A stretch of 63,983 nt of DNA, counting the filler, from Stramenopiles sp. TOSAG23-6 (Eukaryota): the NCBI GenBank assembly GCA_900128565.1. It is 3 parts of 3 records of this genome, joined end to end, with 100 filler letters (N's around TTAATTAATTAA, not from the genome) between each part and the next. Parts side by side here need not be neighbours in the genome. Positions count along the whole stretch, not along the records: positions 24,013 to 47,199 come from LT636009.1; 2 more parts are not named here. The stretch is one strand, 5' to 3'. The notes beneath the pieces were generated by a model. The model worked only from the letters and a program-made list of their open reading frames with translations. It did no database searches and had not been told where the DNA came from. This document shows positions 32,425 through 43,985 of this stretch, piece after piece. Position 1 is the stretch's first letter. Every line of letters begins with the position of its first letter. The position numbers were made by a program, and so were the translations under genes.

Positions 32425-35400
32425 ATGGCGGACAATCAGCACTTTTCAAACTCAAAAATATTCCCAGATTTGCACCGCAAAATGAGTAAAAAAATTGCGG
32501 CACTAACAAAAGTTATCTACCACCTCAATACACGAAATGAAGATAACGAGGCCGAACTAGATCAAGTTTCACTACAGCATGAATCAGAAATGGATCAAAT
32601 ATTAAAGGATGCAGCTAAAAAACTTAATCACTTTAAGGATTTGCTCGATCAAAGGAAAGAACAAGCTGCAACAAAGGGCTTGATGGATCAATTAATATCC
32701 CAGCACGATCAAGAGAAAAAAGCAGCGTTAGCAGAGTTCAAAGATTATAAAAAGACTATGAGAAATAGACAGCATCAACTCGAAAAAGATATGATTCGAC
32801 AAGTCAACTCTCTTAAACGTGATGTCAGCGATGCAAAGGAAAAGTTCAAGAAAAAACTGAGTGAATTTTCAAAAGTATCAAATAAATTAGAAAAAAGTTC
32901 GGCTAATGCTCGAAAAGAAATGAACGAAATGAAACAAAAGCATAAAAACGAAACAACTGTCCTAGTACAAGAATGGAACGATAAGTATAATACAATGCTT
33001 ACGAAACAATTAGATAAAAATGACAATTTGCTTTCAAAACATAATAAAGATAGTATTTCCAGATTAGAAGCTCTAGAAAATAAATTAAAATCGACTCACA
33101 GTGCGGAATTATCAAAGCAAACAGCGTCGTGGTCACAACAATTAGGCACACTAAGTGCAACGAAAGATAAGATGGAAGAAGAGATGCAAAAGCGTATTGG
33201 TGAGCTAACAATAAAAGTATCAAATGTTGAGGCAAATCTGCGAGATGCTCAAAAACGCAATGAGGAATATCAAATGAGACAAGATATATTACACAAAAAA
33301 GTTCAAACTTTGGATGTAGAAAAAAATAACTTACAAAAAAATCTAACGAATGCAGAAGAAACTCATAGAAACCACCTCATTGAAACAACCGGTAAACATG
33401 AGCAACTACAAATGTTGATAGAAAAAGAGCGAACATCTAAAAATGAAGTTATTGATAGATCTAACTTACTTCAAAAAAAAATAGATTCTGGAGAAGAACA
33501 TATAGCGAAGCAACGTAGTGACTTAAAATCATTGCAAAATCAAATCAAAGATTTAGGATTAAACCTATCAAAGCATAAACTAGAAATCGAAGAAATTCAT
33601 TCTCGTTTTAAGCAATCTATAGAACGCGAATCAAAATTAAAAATTGATATTGAAAAAAGTGCATCAGAAACAAAATCAGAAAGAGAAAAATGTAATAACG
33701 TACTAAATGATATGAAAACTTTGAAAATCGAGTTCGTAAATACCAAAGATAGTTTGGAAAAGGCACTTAAAAACGCTACAGATGAAATTGCAAAACAACA
33801 AAAGGAATTGGAATCATTACGAGCCAGTGAAAAAGATCTAAAACAAAAAGAACTGCAAACAAATCGTGACTGGAAGGGAGTTCTTGAGTCGCAAAAACAA
33901 TCTGCAGAGTTGACTATGTCCAAAGCATCTGAAGAATTTCGTCTGGAGATGAAGAGTGCAAAGGAAAAATTTGGAATGGCTGAAAAGAATGCTCAAAATA
34001 AATTTACAGAGAAACTTGAGAAATTGAAACTAAAAGCTCAGAAAACAGAGCAAGATTTACAGAACAAGCATAAAGTAGAAATTGAAAAGTTAAAAAAGGA
34101 GCTTGAGGCAACTACTGCTAGAGTAAAAACCAAGGGCGAAGCACACTTGATTACAATAAAAGACGTTAATAAGAAGCTATCTGAAGAGGTAGAAAAGGCA
34201 AATCTAGCAAAGATTGCTTCAGAGGAAGAAAGAGATTCGTTACATATAGCAATCGATGGGCTAAAACAGCAAGTAGAGAAATTACGTCAGCAATTAGTGA
34301 CTGCAAAACGAGAAGCACATGAAAAATTAGAAAAGGAGCGTCAGGCTATAGTTGAAGACTGGAAAAAACGAATAGCTGCAAACGAGGAAATGCTGCGAAA
34401 TTCACATGATGTAAATATAGCAAATTCATTAGAGAAGCAAAGAAAAGATTTAGAACTGAAAGCATCAAAATTGTATAAAATACATCAAGAAAAGTTGGAA
34501 TTAGCTTTGTTGTCTGGTAAAGAAGGTGAAGAGAAAGTCCAATCCCTACAAGAAGTGATACTACAATTAGAATCCAAGATGAAGAGTAACAAAACTGCTA
34601 GTGAAAATAAATCGAAAGAGCTCGGGCAAAAGATATCACAAATGAAAAACCAGATAGAATCTGTCAAAACGGAATCATTGTCTAATGAAACAGAAATGCG
34701 AGCACAACATCTTGAAGCTTTGCGCCAAGTGAAAGATAAACATGCCCAAATGCTTGCTGCTGCACATCAACAAGGCATTGACTCACTCATGCGCGCCAAT
34801 GTTACTGCAAAAGAATCTGAGGAGAAAAACGCAGAGAGAGCAAAACGAGATTTGACTGAATTAAAGTCAAAATTAGTCACTGAAAGAATAAAATTACTTG
34901 CTGAAAGTGCAAAGAAACATTTGGCTGAAAAAAAATTATTACAAGAGCAAGTAGATGCTAAAGTTTCTAGTTTATCAAAAATGGAAAATCAAGAAGCAAA
35001 GTTGCTCCAGAATCTTGCAGATATGGAAAAAGCGCTAACAAATTCAAAGAGAAAAGTCAAACAAACTGAAAATGAATGGAAGGAAGAAACCAAACGTTTG
35101 AAACAGGGACACTCCAATAATACAGAGCAGATGCATCGACAACATACTGAAAAACAGGACAGGCTAATAGATGAACATTTAGCAGAAACAAAAGATTTAA
35201 ACGAGCAATTTCAGAAGGCACATAAAATGCTTTTAGATCAACAAAAACTATTGCAAGATAGATTGCAAGCCATTCAGGAAAAGTATGAGAATCGTGAATC
35301 TAGACCAGAGGATACTAGCAGAATCGCAGAATTGGAATTAGAATGCTCAAACCATTCCAAAATTGTAAAGAAAATGATGCAAGAAATGAAATTTTACAAA

Positions 35401-35790
35401 TTAGAATTGGTCAATCGGGAAAATAATTACAATAAAATGTTCAAAGGAGGTGGTGGGATGGGTGGATTAAACGTGGGTGTTATAGATCCATTGGCCAATA
35501 AAAAAAGTAGCGGGATTCAAAGATCGCGTTCTAGAAATAGTGGATTACAACATGTCCCGGGAATTTCTGGTCCGGGTTCCATGTCTTTAGGTCAGGGTAT
35601 GGCATCAATGGGTATCGGGCAATTTACTATGAATAATCCTCCAACTGCAGCAACTAGAGAGACAGCTGCTTCAGTATCTGAAACGAAAAGAACTGAAGCG
35701 ACTCCTCCAGTGCCCAGAAAAAATAATAGAACTAGGGGAGGCAAAAATACAAATCGTGTTGGGCGCAACACAAACAGTAGAGAAAGATAA
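32425..35790 (+). CDS. FAM184A: FAM184-like long coiled-coil protein; intronless
   Basis: N-terminal DLHRKMSKKIAALTKVIYHLNTRNED; C-terminal RESRPED and FYKLELVNRENNYNKMF. Confidence 0.85.
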   Translation: MADNQHFSNSKIFPDLHRKMSKKIAALTKVIYHLNTRNEDNEAELDQVSLQHESEMDQILKDAAKKLNHFKDLLDQRKEQAATKGLMDQLISQHDQEKKAALAEFKDYKKTMRNRQHQLEKDMIRQVNSLKRDVSDAKEKFKKKLSEFSKVSNKLEKSSANARKEMNEMKQKHKNETTVLVQEWNDKYNTMLTKQLDKNDNLLSKHNKDSISRLEALENKLKSTHSAELSKQTASWSQQLGTLSATKDKMEEEMQKRIGELTIKVSNVEANLRDAQKRNEEYQMRQDILHKKVQTLDVEKNNLQKNLTNAEETHRNHLIETTGKHEQLQMLIEKERTSKNEVIDRSNLLQKKIDSGEEHIAKQRSDLKSLQNQIKDLGLNLSKHKLEIEEIHSRFKQSIERESKLKIDIEKSASETKSEREKCNNVLNDMKTLKIEFVNTKDSLEKALKNATDEIAKQQKELESLRASEKDLKQKELQTNRDWKGVLESQKQSAELTMSKASEEFRLEMKSAKEKFGMAEKNAQNKFTEKLEKLKLKAQKTEQDLQNKHKVEIEKLKKELEATTARVKTKGEAHLITIKDVNKKLSEEVEKANLAKIASEEERDSLHIAIDGLKQQVEKLRQQLVTAKREAHEKLEKERQAIVEDWKKRIAANEEMLRNSHDVNIANSLEKQRKDLELKASKLYKIHQEKLELALLSGKEGEEKVQSLQEVILQLESKMKSNKTASENKSKELGQKISQMKNQIESVKTESLSNETEMRAQHLEALRQVKDKHAQMLAAAHQQGIDSLMRANVTAKESEEKNAERAKRDLTELKSKLVTERIKLLAESAKKHLAEKKLLQEQVDAKVSSLSKMENQEAKLLQNLADMEKALTNSKRKVKQTENEWKEETKRLKQGHSNNTEQMHRQHTEKQDRLIDEHLAETKDLNEQFQKAHKMLLDQQKLLQDRLQAIQEKYENRESRPEDTSRIAELELECSNHSKIVKKMMQEMKFYKLELVNRENNYNKMFKGGGGMGGLNVGVIDPLANKKSSGIQRSRSRNSGLQHVPGISGPGSMSLGQGMASMGIGQFTMNNPPTAATRETAASVSETKRTEATPPVPRKNNRTRGGKNTNRVGRNTNSRER

Positions 35791-35968
35791 CAATAAACAA
35801 AAAATATTTGGAATTAAATAAAATGATAAAATTTTTAAATAAAATTACATTTCTTCAAAAAACTTTTTTTTTGTTAACCGACATATGTAACTGTCGACTC
35901 ACGGACTCTCGCCACTTTTGTTTAACTTTGTTTTTTTTTTACAAAAACAGAGCTAAACATTACTGTCA

Positions 35969-38450
35969 ATGAATTTCTCAGACTCGTCCGAATCGTCGGA
36001 TAGTTTTGAATCTGATGATTTTGAGATTTCAGATAGCTCCGAGGGTTCTGTTCAACGTGGTTTGGCCAAACTTGACAAACATCTTGCTGGAAATAGTTTT
36101 ATGCAAGGTCGTAAAATGTCTGAAGATGACGTTGAACTAAAGAATATTACCGCGAAAAAAGACCAAATGTTGGCGGATCAAAGAGAAATCACTGAGGCGG
36201 CAATATCTTTGGAAGCAACCTTACGTCAGCGCAAAGAAGAAACAACCTTACTTCAGCGCAAAGAAGAAAGTAATGAAAATAGATTAGAATCTAAAGAAAT
36301 AGAAAATGATAGAATCGATGCAGCCATTAGAATACAGTCACTGGGACGTGGTCGACGAGTAAGACGGCAAAGAGCAGAACTTTATCAGCAAAGGGTGAAG
36401 ACAAAAGCTTCGATTAAATTACAGTCGTTTACGCGAGGTTGTCAAGGGAGGAATGCAGCAAATGCTCGAAATTGTAAAGTTCTAGAGGAGAAAAACACAG
36501 CTGCATTACAAATACAGGCTATTCGACGAGGATATGTCGGAAGAATTGAAGTTGCAGAAAAACGTAAATTACAGCACGAAAGGAATAACGCTGCTATAAA
36601 ACTTCAATCTTTGACACGTGGTCACCATGATAGAAATTTAAGTGAACAAATGCTTTTATATCAAAAGAAATCTCAGAACAATGCAGCAACACAAATACAA
36701 GCTGTTCATCGAGGTAACCAGGGAAGAAAAGAAACATTTGACTTAGCCATTTCTCAGAGAGAAAGAGAGAGAGAAAGAGAAGTTGCTGTAATAAAATTGC
36801 AATCTACTACTCGTGGCCATCAAAGAAGAAAAAAAAAGGATATACAAAAATTAAAACATCAATATAAACAAACACAATCTGCGACTAAAATTCAAGCAAT
36901 GAATCGTGGGCGTATAGCAAGAAGCAAAGCAAACGAAAAGCGAAGAGTCCGCGATACCGAAAAAAAACTTGCTAAATATATATCAAAAGTTAAAATGCTT
37001 GAAATCAAATTAAAAACTGAAAAAGAGTCAAAGAAAGTTTTACAGCAACAAGTGAAATCAGCCGAAAATCGTGCTAATATTCACGCAAGTCAAGTGGCAA
37101 TTCTTAGAAAAGAAACAGTTTTCCTAAGAGGGAAACTATTACGTGTTTCTGACAATAATCCAAAGCCGAAGCAAAATAATCAAAAGTCAATAAAGTCATA
37201 CAAACAAAATAAACGATTTGAGATGGAAAATAATGAAAAATCTCGAAAATTGAAGCATTCACATCAAAATAACCAGAGACCTACGACCAAAAGAAAAAAG
37301 GAGAAAAATAAATATTTTCCACAAGTATATAAAAAAAAAACAAATGTAAAACAAAGTGTACGTTTTCAAAATTGAATTTCAATTTTTTTTTCATACGAAA
37401 TTCCGTACCTAAATATTTTTTTGAATAATATTTTTCACAATGCATGTACAATTTCCTCAAATTCAAGAGAATCAACCTAAAACTGGCAAGGGTATCCTTT
37501 CAGAGTCACTTTTATCTGAATCTAATGAGCTGGACGAATCAAAAAAGTATAAACAGACACGAAAGACAAGACTCGACAGTCAAGTTAGCAGATCTGAAGA
37601 AGAAGCTCGTATGAAAATAAAACATAGAAATGAAGAGAAAGAAAAACAAATTTGCCAATTGCAACTTAAACTACTACAAGAAGAAAACAAAGGGAAGAAA
37701 ACAAAGAAAGAATTAGATCAATTACAGCATCAGCTTGATAGGATAAAACAAGATCAAATAGTGGCAATCCAAACTAAAAGAGAAGAAGAAATAAATAGAC
37801 GAAATCTGAGAGATAGTAATATCGCCAATATTGGTGCACTTCGAGATAATATGTTCATGTACTGTCTCTCTGAAAAGATCAGGGAACGCCAGATTAACCA
37901 AAATCGTTTATTAAAGTGCATCAATATGCATAAAAGTGAAATGCAAGAAGTAGAAAAAATAAATAAAACACGGATATTAGAATGTGTAAATACGCATAAA
38001 AAAGAAATACAAGAACTAGAAAAAAAAAATAAAAAGCACTTGTCCAAAGTTGTCAGTTTACACAAAAACGAAATACAGGAATTAGAAAATTCAAATACAA
38101 AACAATTAAAGGATTATATGAGTTCGCATACAAAAGAAGTAGCTGAGCTAAATTGTAGAATATTGGATTTACAAATTCCTAAAGAAAAAGAATCGAATAA
38201 TTCTGAAATTGAAGAATTACAAAGTAAAATTATTCAAATGGAAAATGAAGCACAAGAAAAAACTCGCCTTCTAAACTCCAAAATCGCGGCTGTTGTGGCG
38301 AAAAACCATGAAAATATAAAGCAAATCCGAAAAGAATCAAATATTGCTCTTGCTGCAGCTTCAAAGCAATTACTTTTGTCAAATTCAGAAAGAACTAGGC
38401 TTTTGGGTGATTTAAAACAAAATTCGTGTAGCAAATGTAATGAAGTATAA
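35969..38450 (+). CDS. IQ calmodulin-binding-motif and coiled-coil protein; one intron
   Basis: About 7 AAxxIQxxxRG motifs; the two ORFs are joined in frame by the intron. Confidence 0.8.
37358..37445 (+). other. Family intron, GT...AT (88 nt)
   Basis: AGT|GTACGT...CATACGAAATTCCGTACCTAAAT...CACAATGCAT|GTA CAA. Confidence 0.8.
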
Positions 38451-38520
38451 ATGCCATTAAAATGAGTAAAAACATTACTGTAAATTATGATTATTTCTTT
38501 AATGTTTAATTCTTCTATGA

Positions 38521-41500
38521 TCAATGAATATCATTTTCTCTGCGAGTAATATGAACAATATGACTAACTTCATTGCTGATAGAAGACCTCGTTTTTTCGA
38601 TTCTCGAGCTAGTAGCACGGAATAACCTTTTCAAAAATCCTTTCTTTTTTTGCCTAGGAGAAGAAATGTACTCGTTTTCGGAAGGAATCATATTTGATGT
38701 CTCTTCTGGAACAATAATAGCTGGTGTGTTTTGGAGGACAGCGTTAACTGGTGTCTCTTCATGAACAGTGTTAGCTGGTGTCTCTACAGGGACACTTTTG
38801 ACTGCTTTTGATAAATAGGATGTATTAATATTTTTAACACATCTGTCATGGTTTGAAAATTCACTGGTGAAAGAGGCAGTCGAAACATGCTTGAAAGTAT
38901 TCAAACCAGCGGCTTCAAAAAATATTTCAAGAGTGTTCAGAGCAACAGGGGTTACATATTTATCACTTGTCACATTAAACGCGGCATCTTCTAATGTTTC
39001 TTGCACAAATATTTCGTCTTCCTCTTGATTAGCTGCTATAAAATGTATCTCATCAGAGTTTATTGTACCCATTTGTTTTTCAAGAGCTGCAAATTTTCTC
39101 ATATATTCTTCCAATCCAGTGTCAAATGTCAATATCTCCTCATTATTATTATTTCCCAATTGTTTATTTGGTGTAGTGACTTTATCACCCACCTTTGTAT
39201 TTTTTTCTGAAATAGGCGCGTTTTGTACCTTCACTTTACTATCATCATTATCCTTTGTTGTACTACCAGAATTTCTCGCGTATGTTTCACTATCACTATC
39301 TTCCGACTTATCAATAAATGATTCCTCATTTAGCTGGCTCACTCTACTTTCTTTATCTTCTTGAGACAAACTCGGTGTATCATCATTGTCAGTATCATCA
39401 TTGTCAGTTGTGTTACTATCATTTGATAAATTTGATATGTATTTTTTATCATTACTATTAAATGCAGAAGCAAAGAAAACGGTCAGCATTTCAGCGGCAC
39501 CNTGCTTAAGAGGATTGCCTTCAGCANTTGCNTTTCTTTTTGCTTCGTTGATTTTTGTTTTTACANGTTCNTNGNGTNTTNTTNGANGATCNCNTANTTC
39601 AGGAATTTTCCTCTTTGGTGTGGATATTGTCTTATCCTCATCTTTCAAATTCTTGTTATGNTGTACTCTCATAGCATCCTTTTCATTTTGATNTATANTA
39701 ACTTCTTTTTCATGTTTTAATTNCTCCTCTTTTAGCTTGCNCATTTTGCTTTCTTTATCTGGTTGAGACAAGCTCGGTGTATCATGATTGTCAGTTGTCT
39801 TACTCACATTTGATGAATTTGGTATGTGTTTTTTATCATCACGATTAAATGCAGAAGCAAAGAAAACAGCCAGCATCCGAGAGGCAGCAACACCGTCGTC
39901 AATATGAGTTTTACGCCTATCGCTTAATATAGAGGCTATCTTTGAATTCAATTGATCAGCTGCAATGTTGTCTTTTTGCTTAATTTTTGATGATACTTCT
40001 GAATCACCAAGTTTGTCATTAAAGATTTCGTCTTCTGATAATTTCTTTTTTATTCCCGGTAATTGCAAAGATGGTTTGAGAGGATAATGCTTTTCTATAA
40101 TGCCATCTTTAGCTGAAGGCTTAGCAAGTGCTTTGATTTCATCAATATCCTCGACACAATGAATGTTTCTATCAGGATCTTCTTCGAACTCTTGATGCGT
40201 ATTTGCTTTTTTGTTGTGGTCTATTTTAGTATTATCTTTGCCACTCACTCGTTCTCTAACCCAATTACCATCTTTTTCTTTTACCCATCTTCCATTTTTC
40301 AATTCCCAGTCTTCCAAATTCTCATCGTCCAAATTTTCATTATTGACGTTTTTAACTTCCTTTACTTTAGGTTTGGTTGAAATATTATCTGTACTATTTA
40401 CCCCTTCATATACCCATCTTCCATTTTTCAACTTCCAGTCATCCAAATTTTCATCATCCAAATTTTCATTATTGANGTTTTTAACTTCTTTTACTTTAGG
40501 TTTGGTTGAAATATTATCTNTACTATTTACCCCTTCATTTACCCATCTTCCATTTTTCAACTTCCAGTCATCCAAATTTTCATCNTTGAGATTGTCATTT
40601 TCCTTTACCGTATTCAACTTTTGTAATTTAGTTTTGATTGATTTGACTTTTGCTCGCTGTGCCACAATATCATCAATGCGCTTTTTGAAGCTAGGATCCC
40701 ATTTGATTTGTTGTTCTGTAGTTTTCTTTCTTTCTATAGTTTTTATTTTTTCCACATATTCACTATCTTTTGCTTCTTCAATATTTAGCTCTTTTGATTT
40801 TGTGTCCATCTTTTCTTGAGTAAACTTTGAAATAGCAAAAGGCCTATGGTCTACTATTTGACATAATATATCATAGCTCACTCCGAATGAGTCATTATAA
40901 ATTGCAATGGTCGAGGAAATAGTTTGCCTATCAATGCTAAAAATATCGTTTGTATTTCCCGTTAGATTACTATTTAAATTTTGACTATTAGTCCTATCAG
41001 GCGGGGCTTCTGGGTTGCGCATTTTATATTTACCTAACTTGGATGCAATAGTTAAAGGCATGAATTTGTTCCCAGCCCATCTTAACTCCAATGAATTTGT
41101 TCCAGCAAATCTTTTCAAATATTCATGAGAATTTAATCTTGGTGATACTTTTATGATGTTCTCGCTTATTGTTTCGATTGTTGAGCTTTTATTTTCCTCC
41201 TCATTGATACTATGGTCAGTATCATTAGGGTTAGGGTTAGGGTGGTCAGTATCATTATAATAATCAATACTATTTTCATCTTTAAATATTTTTTGTAAGC
41301 CATCTGTTAGAAAACTCGCACCAAGGGAAGTCATATCGTTACCAGAAATATCTAAAACACGAAGTTGTCTACCCAGAGGAAGTTTATCTTTTGTTTTTAT
41401 TGTATTTGTCTTTTTTACACCATTTTTTGTATGTACCATTTTTTTTGTATTTTTTATAAGTGACATCGTGATAGCTTTTATCCCTTCATCTCCAATATTA

Positions 41501-42186
41501 TTATCTGATAGATCTAAATGTGTGACACTAACATTCTTATTATCTTCTAATGCTCTTGTGATGCGTTGTGGAAAATATTTCATAGAAAAAAAATCATTAG
41601 GTACAAACTTTGGCACGAAAAAAAAAATAAATTTGAAATTCATGATGAAAACGTACATGGCAGCTGCACCAGTATCACCTATATTATTTGACCGAAGGAT
41701 AATTGTTGTTACAGTTTCGTTAGTACGAAGTTTTTCAGCAAGTTTCAAAGCACCATCAGCTCCAATATCTAACCATGTTAAATCTATTTTACGAGCACCT
41801 TTCGCAAGAATGTCAATGATATCATTTACCTTGTTCGTACCAGTAGATGCCTGATAGTCGTGAAGAGTACAATATCGTTTTGACGCAGTGATAGTTTGCA
41901 TTTTTTTACTAACACTAATTGGTAAGGATGTTAGAACTGACCGAAGCTTAGGTGATAGACACATACGATCTTGCTTTATTCTTGGCTTTGGAGACCTCTG
42001 ACTCGACGAGGGCCAATCTTTTATGGCGCCCAGTGTTCTTGTTGAAATTCTAACTTTGATTTCACGTTTTGTCTCTTTGACAAGTAACTCACTTTCAATA
42101 TTTTTTTCATCTTGATTGAATTCGTTTTTTTGCCTATTAGCACGAGCCTTTCGCCGTGCATCTCGTCTCTCTTTCGCCGAAGACAT
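38521..42186 (-). CDS. RNI-like leucine-rich-repeat protein with long repetitive charged C-terminus; one intron
   Basis: LRSNNIGDTGA, LDLSDNNIGDEG and LDISGNDMTSLGA motifs; internal tandem repeats containing N bases. Confidence 0.8.
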   Translation of the reverse strand: MSSAKERRDARRKARANRQKNEFNQDEKNIESELLVKETKREIKVRISTRTLGAIKDWPSSSQRSPKPRIKQDRMCLSPKLRSVLTSLPISVSKKMQTITASKRYCTLHDYQASTGTNKVNDIIDILAKGARKIDLTWLDIGADGALKLAEKLRTNETVTTIILRSNNIGDTGAAAMYVFIMNFKFIFFFVPKFVPNDFFSMKYFPQRITRALEDNKNVSVTHLDLSDNNIGDEGIKAITMSLIKNTKKMVHTKNGVKKTNTIKTKDKLPLGRQLRVLDISGNDMTSLGASFLTDGLQKIFKDENSIDYYNDTDHPNPNPNDTDHSINEEENKSSTIETISENIIKVSPRLNSHEYLKRFAGTNSLELRWAGNKFMPLTIASKLGKYKMRNPEAPPDRTNSQNLNSNLTGNTNDIFSIDRQTISSTIAIYNDSFGVSYDILCQIVDHRPFAISKFTQEKMDTKSKELNIEEAKDSEYVEKIKTIERKKTTEQQIKWDPSFKKRIDDIVAQRAKVKSIKTKLQKLNTVKENDNLXDENLDDWKLKNGRWVNEGVNSXDNISTKPKVKEVKNXNNENLDDENLDDWKLKNGRWVYEGVNSTDNISTKPKVKEVKNVNNENLDDENLEDWELKNGRWVKEKDGNWVRERVSGKDNTKIDHNKKANTHQEFEEDPDRNIHCVEDIDEIKALAKPSAKDGIIEKHYPLKPSLQLPGIKKKLSEDEIFNDKLGDSEVSSKIKQKDNIAADQLNSKIASILSDRRKTHIDDGVAASRMLAVFFASAFNRDDKKHIPNSSNVSKTTDNHDTPSLSQPDKESKMXKLKEEXLKHEKEVXIXQNEKDAMRVXHNKNLKDEDKTISTPKRKIPEXXDXXXXXXEXVKTKINEAKRXAXAEGNPLKXGAAEMLTVFFASAFNSNDKKYISNLSNDSNTTDNDDTDNDDTPSLSQEDKESRVSQLNEESFIDKSEDSDSETYARNSGSTTKDNDDSKVKVQNAPISEKNTKVGDKVTTPNKQLGNNNNEEILTFDTGLEEYMRKFAALEKQMGTINSDEIHFIAANQEEDEIFVQETLEDAAFNVTSDKYVTPVALNTLEIFFEAAGLNTFKHVSTASFTSEFSNHDRCVKNINTSYLSKAVKSVPVETPANTVHEETPVNAVLQNTPAIIVPEETSNMIPSENEYISSPRQKKKGFLKRLFRATSSRIEKTRSSISNEVSHIVHITRRENDIH
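41561..41656 (-). other. Family intron, GT...AT (96 nt)
   Basis: GCC AT|GTACGT...GTACCTAAT...CCACAACGCAT|C ACA restores the LRR helix GAAAITRALEDN. Confidence 0.87.
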
Positions 42187-42473
42187 TTTTAGTGATTCAT
42201 TTTACTTCAAAACTGTGCCGTTTGAAGAAATGAAAAGCAGTAATTGTGATTTTTTCGAAAACGTTTTTTTTTAGGCAGCCAGCGGCCGTTTTTTTAACGT
42301 AAATATTCGAATTGTCTTTGGTTTTCGTGATTTTAAGGAAGGACATGACTGTGATGAAATTTTTCAAATTGTGTGATTGTTTTTCGGTTTCTCGGCGTTC
42401 TTCACCTTAACAACTCTTTCATTGAGTTTAAATCTATAAAATAAAGTCAATCTCACACTTACTTTCAATCACG

Positions 42474-43901
42474 ATGCAAGAAACCTCGAAAGTTCTTTTT
42501 GGTACAAATGTACCTGATGAAGCTGTCGAGAGCGATTTTTCAAAGCTAGCAACAAAGTTCGGGTCTATTACTAAGTGGCTGCATACTGGAAGAAACGAAT
42601 GTTTCCTGGAATTTAAAGAGAAGGCTATTGCCACTGCTTTTCTTGAACATTATACCAAAACAAAATGTATTATGTATGGCTTTCATGTAGAATGGTATTA
42701 TAGCCGGCATCAATTTCTTTTGTCTCATAGGGAACAGCAAAAAATGGAGAGCTCAAACGAAAAAACTAACGAAATTCCTTCAGAAAAAAAGTTTGATGGA
42801 AGTCGTGTTTTACTTGTAACTGTATCAAACTTTCAATATCCAATGGTTGTGAAAGACATCAAAAAAATATTTGGCGCATACACGATTATGCGTATCGTAT
42901 CATTCAAACGCCAGCAAGAACTAAAGATTCTTATTGAATTTGAGGATGCTTTAGAAGCTGCGAATGCTCGTACATCATTCGACGGAAAAAACGTGTTTAC
43001 CAATTCTAATAGACTCAGTATAGTATATTCTAAATTAAAGTCTATCACTGTCAAGCAAAATGATGACTATAATCACGATTTTACCTGTGAAGCTGTGACG
43101 CGATGTCTTCCAGCTTATAGAAAGAGTCCAGAAAAAACAAAAAATGTTCGAACGCTACAAGACGAAAATGAAGAACAGAATTCAGCAGGCACTACTGTTC
43201 TTCACATCTGCGGTCTTCCAACTGTAACTGTAAAAGACGGAAAAACTTTGAGAAAACAACAAGCTTATACATGTGAAGATTTATTCGCATATTTTGGAAT
43301 CTATGGTAATATTTCCAGAATAAAGATTATTCAAAACAAGCTAAGAGGCTCAGCACTTATTCAGTACAACTCAGAGCATGATGCTACACTTGCTAAGCAG
43401 TATACGAATGAAGCTATTTGGGCTGGCTGTCGTATACACACAAATTTTTCACCTCATCACGCGATTACAGGTACATCAACTTCCATTGAAAAATGCAACG
43501 GGTTACACAGAGGTGGTGCTGTAAGTAGTATAAGTAATATGTTTATGACCCAAGATTTTCCTCCTGAAATACAAAGACAAAGTGGATTTTATCAACTAAA
43601 TATGGCAGATAATCGAAATCTTTCATACCCAACTGCAACTTTGGAAGTTTCAAATATTCCACCTGAAATGCAAAAAATTGAAATATTAACATTGGTCTCG
43701 AAATTTCTTGGCTTCAATCCAGTGGCAGTAAAGTTTTTGCCTGACAGAACAATGGCGTTAATTCAATTTCAATGTGCTGACATTGGTTTACAGGCGCTGG
43801 TGGCTTTACACAATTATCCGAAACTTGATGTGCAATTTGAATGTCCCAGTGAAGTATCAAGAGGATTACAAGTAATATTTTCAAGTGTAATGTTAAAATG
43901 A
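42474..43901 (+). CDS. PTB / hnRNP-L-like multi-RRM RNA-binding protein
   Basis: SRVLLVTVSNFQYP; FDGKNVFTNSNRLSIVYS; FGIYGNISRIKI...SALIQY; ALVALHNY. Confidence 0.85.
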   Translation: MQETSKVLFGTNVPDEAVESDFSKLATKFGSITKWLHTGRNECFLEFKEKAIATAFLEHYTKTKCIMYGFHVEWYYSRHQFLLSHREQQKMESSNEKTNEIPSEKKFDGSRVLLVTVSNFQYPMVVKDIKKIFGAYTIMRIVSFKRQQELKILIEFEDALEAANARTSFDGKNVFTNSNRLSIVYSKLKSITVKQNDDYNHDFTCEAVTRCLPAYRKSPEKTKNVRTLQDENEEQNSAGTTVLHICGLPTVTVKDGKTLRKQQAYTCEDLFAYFGIYGNISRIKIIQNKLRGSALIQYNSEHDATLAKQYTNEAIWAGCRIHTNFSPHHAITGTSTSIEKCNGLHRGGAVSSISNMFMTQDFPPEIQRQSGFYQLNMADNRNLSYPTATLEVSNIPPEMQKIEILTLVSKFLGFNPVAVKFLPDRTMALIQFQCADIGLQALVALHNYPKLDVQFECPSEVSRGLQVIFSSVMLK

Positions 43902-43985
43902 AACAAAAACTATTTCAGCAAGCCTACTACATCTACCACTATCATCACATACACTAAGCAAATGCAATAAATTGAAGTTAAAAGA

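Noticed and set aside
42474-43901. PTB/hnRNP-L-like gene as the factor responsible for the unusual splicing
   Set aside because: It is a common eukaryotic gene, and proximity gives no evidence of a link.
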